From IMG/VR virus record IMGVR_UViG_3300024229_000651: a stretch of 64,000 bases of DNA; one strand, written 5' to 3'. The notes under the pieces are model-generated. The model was not told the origin of the DNA and made no database searches. It saw nothing but the letters and a program-made list of their open reading frames with translations. Within the stretch, counting starts at the first letter, position 1; every line of letters begins with the position of its first letter. A program made the position numbers and the translations under genes. This DNA is from a virus (Duplodnaviria > Caudoviricetes). Positions 17,236 to 27,900 of this stretch are shown one piece after another.

Positions 17236-18998
17236 GTTCCTACTATTTCAATATCGTTACTGTAGCTGGTAAATCCGCCTTCTTTAATAACATACAGGAC
17301 ATTGTTAACTCGACCTTGTAATTCTTCTTTGTGGCTAATTAAGAAAACGTTTTTGTTTGACTCTCTACCCATCTTCTTCAGAACAGCAAGTGCGTTTTCT
17401 ACACCAGTCGTGTCCATACCACTATCTACAAGCTCGTCGATACACATCAAGTTCATGGGCTGATTTAAACTTTCGTAAATATCTCTGAATGCCCAACTCA
17501 TGCCTAGTATTAAACGGTTTCTCTCACCCCTACTCAAATTGTCAAAGTCTAAATCTCTACCGTACTCTGTTATATCAACAGACAGATCGTTATTAAATTT
17601 AACTTCGTGGGGCAAGCCTAACTTATCTAAGTAGTAACTTAATCTATAGTTGAGATACTGCAAGTTTTGATCAATGATCTTTTTACGAATAAAACTGTCC
17701 TTGCTAGTTAATAACTTGTGCAAAAACTCTTGGTGCTCTCTTAACGAATCTAGCGAATTCATTGTTTCGTAGTCAACTTCTTCAAATCCAGTTTCTCTCA
17801 GAACTTCTATTTGTTCTACATACGGATTTTTTTCTAGACGTTTTTCTTCGAGCTGTGTCGTCAAAGATTCTAAGTTATGTTTGTGCTCGTATGCTTCTTC
17901 GATAGTTGGATAAAATGTCTTATCGCACTCCGGCACTGTTATGGTGTTAAGTGCAATAGCAACTTCTTTTAATTTGTTATATTGTTCTGTGTGATGCGAT
18001 ATTTCAGAATCCAACTTTTCTTGTAATTCAGTTTTATACTCAGCATGCGTACTTAAATGTGCGGTGTCTTGTCCACACGCAGGGCACACACCTGCTTCAG
18101 CATCTTCTATATTGCTTTTTAAATCTGAGATTCTTGTTTCACTACGATTACAACTATTGGTTAATGTTTTAGACTCTTTGTTTAGAGTATCCCATTGCAT
18201 TTGCAAATCTTTTGCATCAGACATGCACTTGTGTCGTTCAATTTCATCATCTACATCTAATGCAGACAATGTTGTCAATGCTGTGGACATTTGTGTGAGT
18301 TTATCTGTAAAGCTCTTTCCCCATGCAGCACTTCTGGTTTCTATCTCTTTTACATTTTTTTCAATTCGACTATTAGAATCTGATACTGCCTTTATGCGCA
18401 TTTCTTCTTCTTTCATCTGATCTTTAGTTTCTTTTAGTCGCTCTTTCAAAACTTCAGCTTTGAGACTAATCTCAGTAATACCTAACAACTGCTCAATCAT
18501 TTCTTTTTGATCATTAGTTTTCATGGACAGAAATGGATCAGTGTACGTGTTTAAAGCAATTAAGTGTTTAAACATATTATGCGGAAAGCCGATGACTTTT
18601 TCTATATCTCGCTGTGTCTCTCTGCTATCGCCTTGCTGCTCGTCGTCCTTGCTTTCAATACCATCCACAAAGAATTTTAAAACGTTTGGCCGACGACCCC
18701 GCTCAATGCGATAATCGGTGCCATTAATCTCAAAATCTACAGTAGTGATCATGCCTTTACCATTAGTCTTGTTGATAAGGTTGTCACGTCGAATATTTGT
18801 TAGGGCTTCTCCGTACATTGCGTAACTGAGGGCATTAATAATAGTAGTTTTGCCAGTACCGTTTCTACTGCCATCACCGCCTAAGTCTAAATTATTGCCT
18901 AGTACCAATGTTAATTGATTAGCATCGAAGTTCACAGCTTGGAGATTATTCCCCACACTCATAAAGTTTTTTGCACTTACATTTTTAATCTTTAACAT
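17232..18998 (-). CDS. gp46: Recombination endonuclease ATPase subunit (gp46 / SbcC-Rad50-like)
   Basis: KNFMSVGN, Walker A NGTGKTT, central CPACG zinc hook, signature LSRGE, Walker B IDEL and ISHK. Confidence 0.93.
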   Translation of the reverse strand: MLKIKNVSAKNFMSVGNNLQAVNFDANQLTLVLGNNLDLGGDGSRNGTGKTTIINALSYAMYGEALTNIRRDNLINKTNGKGMITTVDFEINGTDYRIERGRRPNVLKFFVDGIESKDDEQQGDSRETQRDIEKVIGFPHNMFKHLIALNTYTDPFLSMKTNDQKEMIEQLLGITEISLKAEVLKERLKETKDQMKEEEMRIKAVSDSNSRIEKNVKEIETRSAAWGKSFTDKLTQMSTALTTLSALDVDDEIERHKCMSDAKDLQMQWDTLNKESKTLTNSCNRSETRISDLKSNIEDAEAGVCPACGQDTAHLSTHAEYKTELQEKLDSEISHHTEQYNKLKEVAIALNTITVPECDKTFYPTIEEAYEHKHNLESLTTQLEEKRLEKNPYVEQIEVLRETGFEEVDYETMNSLDSLREHQEFLHKLLTSKDSFIRKKIIDQNLQYLNYRLSYYLDKLGLPHEVKFNNDLSVDITEYGRDLDFDNLSRGERNRLILGMSWAFRDIYESLNQPMNLMCIDELVDSGMDTTGVENALAVLKKMGRESNKNVFLISHKEELQGRVNNVLYVIKEGGFTSYSNDIEIVGT

Positions 18999-18999
18999 A

Positions 19000-20016
19000 T
19001 TAAACGTCAATTTCCCTATACAGTTCTATTAATTTTTTATTGTTAATTGTGTTACTCTCTATAGTTTCTAGTTGACTAATAACAATCTGGTCAACACTTT
19101 CGAATGTTATTTCAGACCCCTCGAACGCTTCCTCTTCTTCCTTAACAGGCAGTAGTTGTAAGTCCCTAACTTTATATTTCTCATGGAAAGTTTCCCTAAT
19201 AAAGTTAGCTTCTTCATAACTAATATTCACATCAATTTTTATTCTTGCATGTGTCTGTTCTTCCAGCCAGCGTTCAGGATCTTCTAATAATTCTCGAAGA
19301 CCTAGCATAATATACTTAGGACACTGATCCCAATTTACATATTGTGGCTCACCTCCCCACTCCAAAAACATAGCACCTCGGTCAGTGTCCGCTACATCTG
19401 AATAATTGTGTGGGAATGCATTTCCTATGTAATGTATATTACCTTTGTATTGGCGTTTATGAAAATGTCCACTAAAAACATAGTCGGGATTACCTAGATC
19501 AGATGCCTTTACTCCACCATGATCTGGCATTTCCACCATTGCATTCATCTTAAAGTAAGGTAATTCGAAGTGACCAAACATGTATTTGCAATCTAGTTTG
19601 TTTAATTTCTTATGCTCGTCTCCCACTAACCATGGAATTATTGCTACACCGTCTTTAACAAACCATTCATCCACCATAACAAAATTTGACAAGTCTCTTG
19701 CAAATTCGATACTATTCAGATCACGCTTTTCTCTATAATAAAGATCATGATTACCTGTTATGAAATATACTTTCTTAAACGCATCGTTGAGACGCTTTAA
19801 GTCCTTGATAGTTGCATTCATAGTTGCAATATTGATGCTTGCTCTATGGTGATGCCAGTCTCCTAGAAAAAAGCATGTTTCACAATCACGGGCTTTTGCC
19901 TCAGCTAGAAACCAAGTAATATAGTTCTCACAATCGATCAAATGCTGTTTGCTATTTTGTTTTAAGCCGTAGTGAATATCTGTGAAACACGCAGCCTTCT
20001 CAAAAAGATTAGCCAT
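19000..20016 (-). CDS. gp47: Recombination endonuclease nuclease subunit (gp47 / Mre11-SbcD-like)
   Basis: Metallophosphoesterase motifs TDIHYG, LGDWHH, GNHD, GHFE and SGHFH. Confidence 0.93.
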   Translation of the reverse strand: MANLFEKAACFTDIHYGLKQNSKQHLIDCENYITWFLAEAKARDCETCFFLGDWHHHRASINIATMNATIKDLKRLNDAFKKVYFITGNHDLYYREKRDLNSIEFARDLSNFVMVDEWFVKDGVAIIPWLVGDEHKKLNKLDCKYMFGHFELPYFKMNAMVEMPDHGGVKASDLGNPDYVFSGHFHKRQYKGNIHYIGNAFPHNYSDVADTDRGAMFLEWGGEPQYVNWDQCPKYIMLGLRELLEDPERWLEEQTHARIKIDVNISYEEANFIRETFHEKYKVRDLQLLPVKEEEEAFEGSEITFESVDQIVISQLETIESNTINNKKLIELYREIDV

Positions 20017-20020
20017 TTGT

Positions 20021-20893
20021 TTATTCCTCAGTAGGAGATTCTAGTGCAGCTTCAGCAACCGTCCGTAAATTTTTAACAGACTCTTCGTGTGCTAACTGTC
20101 TGCTATAGCTGGGCAGGTGTCCTTGTTCAATTAAGATGTCATCTCGAATTGTTTGATTACGCTTTTCTAAGTTTAGTACCCTTGTGAAACTGTTGTTCAC
20201 AGTTGCAGTGTAATATGCAAACGGGTTGTCGGATTTAGCTTCATTAAACTGCAAACCAATTTGAGATAATTGCACTAATGCTTGCCCTCTCATCTCGTCT
20301 ACATACGTATAGCCTCGCCAGTTACCACGCTGACTATAACGTTCAACAAGTTTCATGAACATTCTTCCTAATTCGTTAGTAATTTTTCCATGGTCAACAC
20401 TAAACATTCCGTTGCTTAAACTACCTTTCCAGTGAGATCGAGCAACTTCATTAGGATTAATACCTGAGTCATTTAAAACATAGTGTTTCCATGGTGGAAA
20501 GTTCACTTTTGCTTTTGTGTCAGCAACGGTTTTAGTTGTTTTTTTACGCCCCGGTGCATCCGGTATGTGATCAAATGTCATTACCCGAAAAACAATTTCA
20601 CTTGTTGGGAAATCATCCGGATTTATAGCAAAATCTTTTTGCTTAGGCTTCTTATTTTTTTCCCAGCCACCTGCGGCAATAGCTGCTTGATAGCGTTCTG
20701 TTGCTAATTTGCTTGCTTTATTTTTCTTAGCAGTTGCAATAGTGTCAGCGTCGATTTCTTCGAGACTATTGACAATGATGTCTTGATTTGCAAACATTTC
20801 ATCCTGCACATAGCAGTATGTAAGTTTACTTTTATGGATTTCTTTAAGAATATCTTTGTTATTAAGATAATTTACTCTTCTTGGTTGGCTCAT
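20021..20893 (-). CDS. gp55: Late transcription sigma factor (gp55-like)
   Basis: N-terminal NYLNNKDILKEI; core NWRGYTYVDEM...QFNEAKSDNPFAYYT...SFTRVLNLEKRNQ; adjacent to gp47/46 as in T4-like phages. Confidence 0.8.
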   Translation of the reverse strand: MSQPRRVNYLNNKDILKEIHKSKLTYCYVQDEMFANQDIIVNSLEEIDADTIATAKKNKASKLATERYQAAIAAGGWEKNKKPKQKDFAINPDDFPTSEIVFRVMTFDHIPDAPGRKKTTKTVADTKAKVNFPPWKHYVLNDSGINPNEVARSHWKGSLSNGMFSVDHGKITNELGRMFMKLVERYSQRGNWRGYTYVDEMRGQALVQLSQIGLQFNEAKSDNPFAYYTATVNNSFTRVLNLEKRNQTIRDDILIEQGHLPSYSRQLAHEESVKNLRTVAEAALESPTEE

Positions 20894-20933
20894 TTGTTCT
20901 CCTCAAAACTATGATTCGTTTATATCGCACACT

Positions 20934-20962
20934 AGTATACACAAATTTACATGAATAGTCAA
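20934..20962 (-). promoter_or_regulatory. Host sigma70-type promoter TTGACT-17-TATACT driving the gp55-47-46 run
   Basis: -35 at 20957-20962, -10 at 20934-20939. Confidence 0.8.
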
Positions 20963-20987
20963 TAAATTTTTTGCATACTTGAGAATT

Positions 20988-21017
20988 AAAGTATGTTTTT
21001 ATTTATTCAGATAAATA
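20988..21017 (+). promoter_or_regulatory. Late promoter GATAAATA (21010-21017) with upstream AAAGTATGTTTT element (20988-20999)
   Basis: Read directly; RBS AGGAG and ATG 21035 follow. Confidence 0.75.
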
Positions 21018-21034
21018 CTTTTAGGAGAGTAATT

Positions 21035-21724
21035 ATGACTACAGCAGGCGGAAAATTTATAGATTTGCAAGATACAGTGCCAGCACCCAAGGTGGACTGG
21101 CGAGCTCGGATACGCCCGAAGAGAGGCGGCGAAGACTTTGCTTACGGTATGTCGTCTGGTAACGGAAGTATACTACAGCCGTTAAAAGATAGGGGCGGTA
21201 TAGTGTTTCCTTATACACCTAACTTGTTCTTACAGAGTTCAGTAGACTATAACGAAGCTGCTCAACACGGGTCTAATTATCCGTTTTACACTTACTTAAA
21301 TTCTAAACCAGCTGTTATTCCTGTACAGGGAAAATGGACTGCTAATACGCAAGAAGAAGCGCAATATTTGTTAGCAGTATTCCACTTCCTGCGTAGTGTA
21401 ACTAAGTCATACTATGGCGACAGTGCAGTTGAAGCTGGTAACTACGGCACACCACCTCCAGTAATGTTATTTGAATATTTGGGACAGTTTGGATTTAATA
21501 AAGTTCCTGTAATTATAAGAAGCTATAGTTTTAATTTACCAGACAGCGTGGATTATGTGCCAGTCGAAGTCGGCTCAGGCGCCAAAAAGACTACTACATA
21601 CATGCCAACTGAAACAGAAATTATGATAGACATGGCCCCTCAATATACATATAAGAAGCTAAGGAAACGCTTTGACCTAGACGCATTTACAAGCGGAAAG
21701 GACTACAATAGAGGATTTATTTAA
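21035..21724 (+). CDS. Baseplate / tail-tube initiator-like protein (gp48/gp54-like)
   Basis: GIVFPYTP, HFLRSVTK.YYG, PPPVMLF..LG.FGFNKVPVII.S.SF.LP..VDY; first gene of the baseplate operon. Confidence 0.55.
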   Translation: MTTAGGKFIDLQDTVPAPKVDWRARIRPKRGGEDFAYGMSSGNGSILQPLKDRGGIVFPYTPNLFLQSSVDYNEAAQHGSNYPFYTYLNSKPAVIPVQGKWTANTQEEAQYLLAVFHFLRSVTKSYYGDSAVEAGNYGTPPPVMLFEYLGQFGFNKVPVIIRSYSFNLPDSVDYVPVEVGSGAKKTTTYMPTETEIMIDMAPQYTYKKLRKRFDLDAFTSGKDYNRGFI

Positions 21725-21726
21725 CA

Positions 21727-22026
21727 GTGGCTAATATACACTCCGATCAGAGCTTTTTAAAGAATGCAAAACTGCGTGGGTTGTATCTAGACGTAAATAA
21801 TCTGCCCAAGATACCTAAGAGTATGGGAGATACTGTTTACGAAATAGAAGCAAGATATGAAAACAGACCGGATTTACTAGCATCTAAACTTTATGGCAGT
21901 GTACAACTGTGGTGGGTATTTGCTTTGAGAAACCCAGATTTACTTATAGACCCGTTAGAGGATTTTACAGCAGGTAAAACAATATTTTTACCCACACAAC
22001 AAACAATTAACACAGTGATCAGGTAA
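21727..22026 (+). CDS. gp53: Baseplate wedge protein, gp53/LysM-like
   Basis: RPDLLASKLYGSVQLWWVFALRNPD..G..I.LP motif; GTG start. Confidence 0.7.
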   Translation: MANIHSDQSFLKNAKLRGLYLDVNNLPKIPKSMGDTVYEIEARYENRPDLLASKLYGSVQLWWVFALRNPDLLIDPLEDFTAGKTIFLPTQQTINTVIR

Positions 22027-22029
22027 CAC

Positions 22030-24390
22030 ATGACAACAGCAAACGACAGCAACTACTTCGATCCTATACTTGGTGGCAACGTTGCTCCTAATATATTAGA
22101 TGAATTCGACAACGTAAGCTACAATCTTAAACTTTATATGATACCTTTCCAGTACTGGAAAAATGGTGAAAAGAAAGCCCCGCCAAATGAGACAGTTGTG
22201 ATAGCCCAAACTAGTGTTACGGGTGTTCAGATAGATGACCTTTCTATGAATTTTGTTATGAATCAACGAGGTCTAGGCACAAGTGTTAGAGCAGATTTTA
22301 CGTTGATACAACCAAGCGCAGCAGATTTGTTAGATCAGATAATGTCTGCTCGTGTTACAACAGGACATAATTTATACGCAGATGTCCCCTTATTTTTAGA
22401 AATTGTTTTTCAAGGCTACGAATCAAGTATAGATGATCCGGACACTAAGGGCGTACCAGTCACAGCCGCTGGGCCGTTTGTTTACCAATTGCAAGTAAAC
22501 ACTGTCGAAATAGCTATAGATGATGTCGGCAGCCGTTATGATTTCGGTTGTAGTGTTGGATCAACAAATTCCCATACAGACGAATATTTTAAAATCCCTA
22601 AAGATATGTCTTTAAGAGGGAAAACAATATTAGAGTATGTAACGGATCTAGAATCTAAACTTGCGCAATACAGAGATGACAATCTACACGAAGAAGAAAA
22701 TCATGATGTAATTAAATTTGACATGACAGATGTAGAAACAAAGTTAGGCGACATGTCGTTAGCGTACCAAGCAAAAGAAAATGCTGAACAAATTAATAGG
22801 TTACTTAACGCAGAGCAGGCGGGTGTAACTACTAGAGAAGAATTTGAAAAATTATTAGAAGACGATCCTACGAGTTTGGACGGAGGCATCACAGCTGACA
22901 AATCGTTTTCAGGAATTACTACTGTTAACTTTACTGAAAAAACAACCATGCAGCAGATATTCACAACAATATTTGCAATGAGTAATAGTTTCTTAGATAA
23001 AGCATCTCGGAAGAAAGTATTCGAAGATCCGCAAATCGACGAGTCTGGACTGAATCTAAATGAGACATTCACTATGTGGTACAGCTTGGAAAGCTCTGTG
23101 GAATATGGTGAATACGATTCCCGAAGAAACAAATATTCCAAAACAGTTACATGGAAACCTGTTATATACAAAACAGCAGATGAAAAGAATGCCGTTAGCC
23201 AAAAGGAGTTTGACTTAGACGAAACAGCCGTGCAAACTCGTATTAAAGAAATTGGTGTTAAAAAAGCATACCATTATTTGTTTACAGGACTGAATGATCA
23301 GATATTAAAAGTAGACATTAAATACAAAAATGCACAATTATTAATGGCCCCGTCCGGCGGAAGTATGGGTAGTGTCAGTACTAACGCTAACCCTATAACA
23401 CCCGATATTAAAAGTAACCATGATTCGTCAGGGACAACACAAAACGCAGAAATAAGTTCAGCATTAGACAAAAAACAGGTTAACGCAATAGCCAACGACA
23501 TTGAACAAAATGGCGGTGCGTCTTTAAGACCACTAGCACAACGTTTGGGCAAAGACAATGCATGGATTGCTAGTGTTGCAGCAGACGAAAGCAGACGACA
23601 GCAAGTTGCAGCACAAGTAGTATACCTTAACAACAGAGGCCAAGACCCGTTAGGATTTTATAACACAGCACCTGCAGATAATTCGACTACATCATCAACT
23701 ACGGCACCCGGAGCAATTCCATATAAACCTGAACCAAGCGGATTTACATATGCTGCAGATTTGCTCGACACCCTAGGAGGTTCCGACACAGTTATTGGCG
23801 AAGTAGTACAAGCAGGAAACAATAGAGCAGCATGGAAGGCGTTAGCCACGGCTGCAACAACAGACCCAGCAGATACAAATCCTAGACCTAGCATAGAATA
23901 CGGTACACATGTAGTAAACCAAGGAGCAAGTACTGAAGACGGCTCGTATAAAGCTACTTTATTTGGATACATGTATAATAATGCAAACCATGCAGACATC
24001 CTCATAGATTTAAATTTAGGTATTCGGGGAGATCCTTGGTATTTGGGTAAGCCTTATAAGGCAGGAGAAAAGGACAATAACGATTTGCCAGCCGCAGACA
24101 TGGAAGACGAGTCCACGTCTGAGTATATTGTGAGAGAGAAGTCAGATAACTATTATTTGTTTACTATGCAAACTCCGCGTGTTATTGACCCGGACGTAGA
24201 AGACGAAGATTTTAACACAGGATATATGGCAAGAGTCGGAACAAGCTATTTTATAAGCGGCATATATTCCATAATATCTTACACAGTATCTTTTTCCGGA
24301 GGCATGTTCAGTGTTGACATGGACAAGTCTCCCAAATTAACATCGCTGAGTTTATCAAAATATACACCACCAACTGGGACAACACCTTAA
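22030..24390 (+). CDS. Putative baseplate hub protein (786 aa)
   Basis: Position between gp53- and gp5-like genes; C-terminal IRGDPWYLG and ISGIYSI motifs resemble hub (gp27/gpD-like) ends. Confidence 0.5.
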   Translation: MTTANDSNYFDPILGGNVAPNILDEFDNVSYNLKLYMIPFQYWKNGEKKAPPNETVVIAQTSVTGVQIDDLSMNFVMNQRGLGTSVRADFTLIQPSAADLLDQIMSARVTTGHNLYADVPLFLEIVFQGYESSIDDPDTKGVPVTAAGPFVYQLQVNTVEIAIDDVGSRYDFGCSVGSTNSHTDEYFKIPKDMSLRGKTILEYVTDLESKLAQYRDDNLHEEENHDVIKFDMTDVETKLGDMSLAYQAKENAEQINRLLNAEQAGVTTREEFEKLLEDDPTSLDGGITADKSFSGITTVNFTEKTTMQQIFTTIFAMSNSFLDKASRKKVFEDPQIDESGLNLNETFTMWYSLESSVEYGEYDSRRNKYSKTVTWKPVIYKTADEKNAVSQKEFDLDETAVQTRIKEIGVKKAYHYLFTGLNDQILKVDIKYKNAQLLMAPSGGSMGSVSTNANPITPDIKSNHDSSGTTQNAEISSALDKKQVNAIANDIEQNGGASLRPLAQRLGKDNAWIASVAADESRRQQVAAQVVYLNNRGQDPLGFYNTAPADNSTTSSTTAPGAIPYKPEPSGFTYAADLLDTLGGSDTVIGEVVQAGNNRAAWKALATAATTDPADTNPRPSIEYGTHVVNQGASTEDGSYKATLFGYMYNNANHADILIDLNLGIRGDPWYLGKPYKAGEKDNNDLPAADMEDESTSEYIVREKSDNYYLFTMQTPRVIDPDVEDEDFNTGYMARVGTSYFISGIYSIISYTVSFSGGMFSVDMDKSPKLTSLSLSKYTPPTGTTP

Positions 24391-27093
24391 ATGTCATATA
24401 CACCTAACAGTTCTAGGCTTTCAAAAACAAATACCCGGGACAAACTTCGAGGTTCTGCAGATCTAGACTTCGGTATCTATATTGGTGAAGTCATTGTACG
24501 CCCGAAAGACTCGACACACAGCGGCAGGATTCCTGTGTATATTCCTATGCTCGGCAAAGATAGGGACGATCCGTCGGGTTATTACTACGCATACTGGACG
24601 AGTCCATTTGCAGGAAGTACGCCTAGTGCAAAGATTGGAGAAAATACAGATCAGTTCTCCCACACACAAAAGAGCTACGGCATGTGGATGGTTCCACCAG
24701 ATCCAGGCAATTTTGTTTTAGTAGCTTTTGCAGACGGTAAAAAGAAATTTCCTATTATCGTGTCTTGTTTATTTCCTGACCAATTACAATTTATGGTCCC
24801 GGGCAATGCGGCCACGTCTGTTCCCGGAGCGACTATACCAGCTCCAGCGGCGGAAATAAATCGTCGGGTAAATAATCCCAACCATGGCTATACCACTACA
24901 CGACCTTTGCACCCTAATACAACGTTACCTGTACTTAACCAAGGACTAATTTTAGATCCTATTAGAGGACTAACAACATCCAGCGCACGTAGAGAATCTC
25001 CCAGCGAAGTTTTTGGTATATTAACTCCTGGTCCGGATAAATTATCTCCAGGGACAGCAAAAGTAGACGGCACTAATAGAATGGGCGGTCATAGTTTTGT
25101 GATGGATGATAACTTGGACCAAAGACATATTAGATTACGCACAGGCGGCGGCGCTCAAATCTTAATGGATGACACGCACGAATTATTGTATGTTATAAAT
25201 CACCGAGGGACAGCATGGGCAGAAATTAATGCGGCCGGTGACATAAATCTGTATTCCGACAAAACATATACAGTAAGAGCCCGGGGCGATATTAATTTGA
25301 AGTCAGACAGTAACGTTAACATTGATGCGCAGGTTGCTGTCAATGTTAACGCTGGTAACCTGGCACTTGCTGGTGATACAAACGGACAAATTAATATTCA
25401 GTCTAGTGGCATAATTAACAACAAAACTGGTGGTGGCGGCTATAATGTTGATGTACAGGACGAAGGCCCGATAGATTTATACGCAACTGGGCCTATGAGA
25501 ATGGCTACCGCAGTTAGTATGAATTTAACTTCCAGTGAAAGCACGTTTATAACATCAGCAGCATCAATGAATTTTAAAGCTGGCGGAGCCGTAAATTCAC
25601 AAGCAGGTGGCAGAAACAATGTATTAGGATCCACGGTTCACTTGAATGACGGTGGGTCAGCTGAACAAGCAACAATGCCTGATGCTGTAGATTTTCTAGA
25701 AACATTTGCGTTTCAAGAGCCGCCAAATGCTGTACCTGAATTTGAATATGACGAAGATGCTGTGTCAGGCTCAACCAACCCATTCCCTACAGACGGCCAA
25801 CGCCCTGGCGATCTTACGCAACTTGTCTCTATATGTACTGAATTGACTACTAGAGAGCCTTGGTACGGACATATTATAGAAACTAAAAAGCAAGGAAATG
25901 CTTTGGCTATAGACCAGGACAGTAATAATGATTCCGCAATAGCTAATTTAGAGCCACAATCAATAGGAAGTGATACACAACCGCCTGTACAACCAGAAGT
26001 TGGAAGACCAGGTGACACTGTGGGGCTGATACAACCAGTTGCATATCAATTACCAAACGGCAGCAGAGCAAACCTACAGCCACCCGGGCAGACACTACCC
26101 ACAGGAACTACTGCGCTGTTTGGTCCTGTACAACCGCCACAAGGTTTTAATATTAAGCCCACTGTATTAAAGTCAGCTGCAGAATTAGGCGATCCTGCAA
26201 ATCAAGCTATGGCCGACAAAATGGCACAAACGGCACAAATGCAATCAGGCATAATAGTAAATACTCCTGTAAAAACATCAGTTGGCTCACCGGTACAGGC
26301 TATGAGTAAGATGCGAGACTGGGGTAACAGAGGGTTCGATAACAGCGAAGAACAAGATGTCACTCCGGCAAATCAACTAGTCGGCCATGTTGTTGGAAAA
26401 AACCATTTTTTATCTCCAGTAGAGCTAGACAGAAATGTAGTGATACAAGGTAACCCAGGAAGTTATGTTGCAGGAGAAACGCATGCAGGGCCAATAGTAG
26501 TAAAGCCAACTGCAGAGCTACCGTTTAGAACAGCGACAGGTAGTGTGGTGACAGTTGACCAGGCAAGTAGGTTAGTGAAAGACCGCCGATACTCAGAACT
26601 TACTGCTATGGGAGCAACACGTAACACCGAAGGCAACGGCTGGCAACTAAGCGATGTTCAAGACCTCGGCCGTCAAGTCACTATGTACGAGTTAGATAGA
26701 ACAATGACTGAGCAACAAGGAACATTATTACTGGAAGCAGACTTGAACAATGCAAGACAGTATATCTCTAAAAGTTTAAAACGTTCACCGGGCCTTTCAA
26801 ACCAACATTTCATGTCTATAGTCAGCTTCGGTCATGGAATAGGATACAGTAACTGGTTAAGATCCGGTGTCTTAGGTGCTATACAATCCGGCAATATGTC
26901 AGCTGTACCAACAGAAATTCAAAGATGGAGTGTGTCGAATCTCGGCATAATAGATCCTATATGGAGCTATCGTCGAAAAGCTGAAGCAAGGTTGTTTGTT
27001 CTACCTGATGGTACAGACAATCTATGGCTCATGCAGGCTAGTAGCTGGGCTTTAAAAGAAGTACAGTTGCAGGATTATTCCTTTTACACCTGA
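24391..27093 (+). CDS. gp5: Baseplate central spike (gp5/VgrG-like OB-fold plus beta-helix) with C-terminal lysozyme-like domain
   Basis: D.THSGRI.VYIP, SYGMWMVPPD.GNFVLVAF, GHSFVMDD, IRLRTGGGAQILMDDT, TREPW.GH; C-terminal LLEADL...IVSF..GIG...W...RRKAEARLF. Confidence 0.8.
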   Translation: MSYTPNSSRLSKTNTRDKLRGSADLDFGIYIGEVIVRPKDSTHSGRIPVYIPMLGKDRDDPSGYYYAYWTSPFAGSTPSAKIGENTDQFSHTQKSYGMWMVPPDPGNFVLVAFADGKKKFPIIVSCLFPDQLQFMVPGNAATSVPGATIPAPAAEINRRVNNPNHGYTTTRPLHPNTTLPVLNQGLILDPIRGLTTSSARRESPSEVFGILTPGPDKLSPGTAKVDGTNRMGGHSFVMDDNLDQRHIRLRTGGGAQILMDDTHELLYVINHRGTAWAEINAAGDINLYSDKTYTVRARGDINLKSDSNVNIDAQVAVNVNAGNLALAGDTNGQINIQSSGIINNKTGGGGYNVDVQDEGPIDLYATGPMRMATAVSMNLTSSESTFITSAASMNFKAGGAVNSQAGGRNNVLGSTVHLNDGGSAEQATMPDAVDFLETFAFQEPPNAVPEFEYDEDAVSGSTNPFPTDGQRPGDLTQLVSICTELTTREPWYGHIIETKKQGNALAIDQDSNNDSAIANLEPQSIGSDTQPPVQPEVGRPGDTVGLIQPVAYQLPNGSRANLQPPGQTLPTGTTALFGPVQPPQGFNIKPTVLKSAAELGDPANQAMADKMAQTAQMQSGIIVNTPVKTSVGSPVQAMSKMRDWGNRGFDNSEEQDVTPANQLVGHVVGKNHFLSPVELDRNVVIQGNPGSYVAGETHAGPIVVKPTAELPFRTATGSVVTVDQASRLVKDRRYSELTAMGATRNTEGNGWQLSDVQDLGRQVTMYELDRTMTEQQGTLLLEADLNNARQYISKSLKRSPGLSNQHFMSIVSFGHGIGYSNWLRSGVLGAIQSGNMSAVPTEIQRWSVSNLGIIDPIWSYRRKAEARLFVLPDGTDNLWLMQASSWALKEVQLQDYSFYT

Positions 27094-27281
27094 TTAGTTA
27101 ATTTCGTCAAATCTGCAATTCTAACATACGCACGATATTTTGCTTCTTGTTCTTCTCTTACTGCTGTTTCAAGTGCAATAATTCGATCCCTTAATGCATT
27201 ATTAGCTTTAAGTAAATCAGCAAGTTCTTTGCGCATACTCTCTAAATGTGTGTGCGATCCCTCTACAACGTTAGTTGTCAT
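27084..27281 (-). CDS. Small coiled-coil hypothetical protein
   Basis: 65 aa, RBS AGGA, coupled to the upstream hydrolase; its 3' end overlaps the gp5 stop by 10 nt. Confidence 0.6.
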   Translation of the reverse strand: MTTNVVEGSHTHLESMRKELADLLKANNALRDRIIALETAVREEQEAKYRAYVRIADLTKLTNQV

Positions 27282-27900
27282 GATTTTTTCCTTCTAGGAT
27301 GTGTGCTATATGTTCTACTGCATCAAATGATAATAAAATCTCGCTGTGACTTAAACCGAATCGTTTGTGCTGTTGATTATGAAATGTGCCAGGGCACTTT
27401 TCTTGACTTTTAACAGTTACCATGCCATCATTAGCAGATTCCTCGCCTAGTCCCGCTAGTGGATTAGCCCCGCCCGTTGTGATTATATTATGTACGGGTA
27501 TATGTGTTTCTATTTTGTTGATTTGTTCTAAAACAGCACTGTTAGGTGTTGTATTTTTGAATAACGAATTTGACCTAAATGCTTTGCTAAGCCACCGTGC
27601 AGTTTGACTGCCGCCCCATGGGGGACTTAATGCAATAAAGCATTTAAGATTAGGCAAAGAATCTACTAATAACGCAGAGATAAGACATCCGTAACTGTGC
27701 GCAATGATAGTTATAGGTTGATTAGATTCAAACTTTAGTATTTGGTCTTGTATTCTGTTTTTTACTAGAAAAATATCATCACGCACATCATATTCGATGT
27801 GCAATGATCTATACTCCGGCAAAAAAACATTATAAAAATTCCAGCTTATAGAACTTTGTCCGCTACCGTGTATGAATACTAGGTTGCAGGCATTATCCAT
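27271..27900 (-). CDS. Alpha/beta hydrolase (lipase/esterase-like)
   Basis: FIHGSGQ oxyanion region, nucleophile elbow AHSYG, SPPWGGS, NDGMV and HSEIL. Confidence 0.8.
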   Translation of the reverse strand: MDNACNLVFIHGSGQSSISWNFYNVFLPEYRSLHIEYDVRDDIFLVKNRIQDQILKFESNQPITIIAHSYGCLISALLVDSLPNLKCFIALSPPWGGSQTARWLSKAFRSNSLFKNTTPNSAVLEQINKIETHIPVHNIITTGGANPLAGLGEESANDGMVTVKSQEKCPGTFHNQQHKRFGLSHSEILLSFDAVEHIAHILEGKNHDN

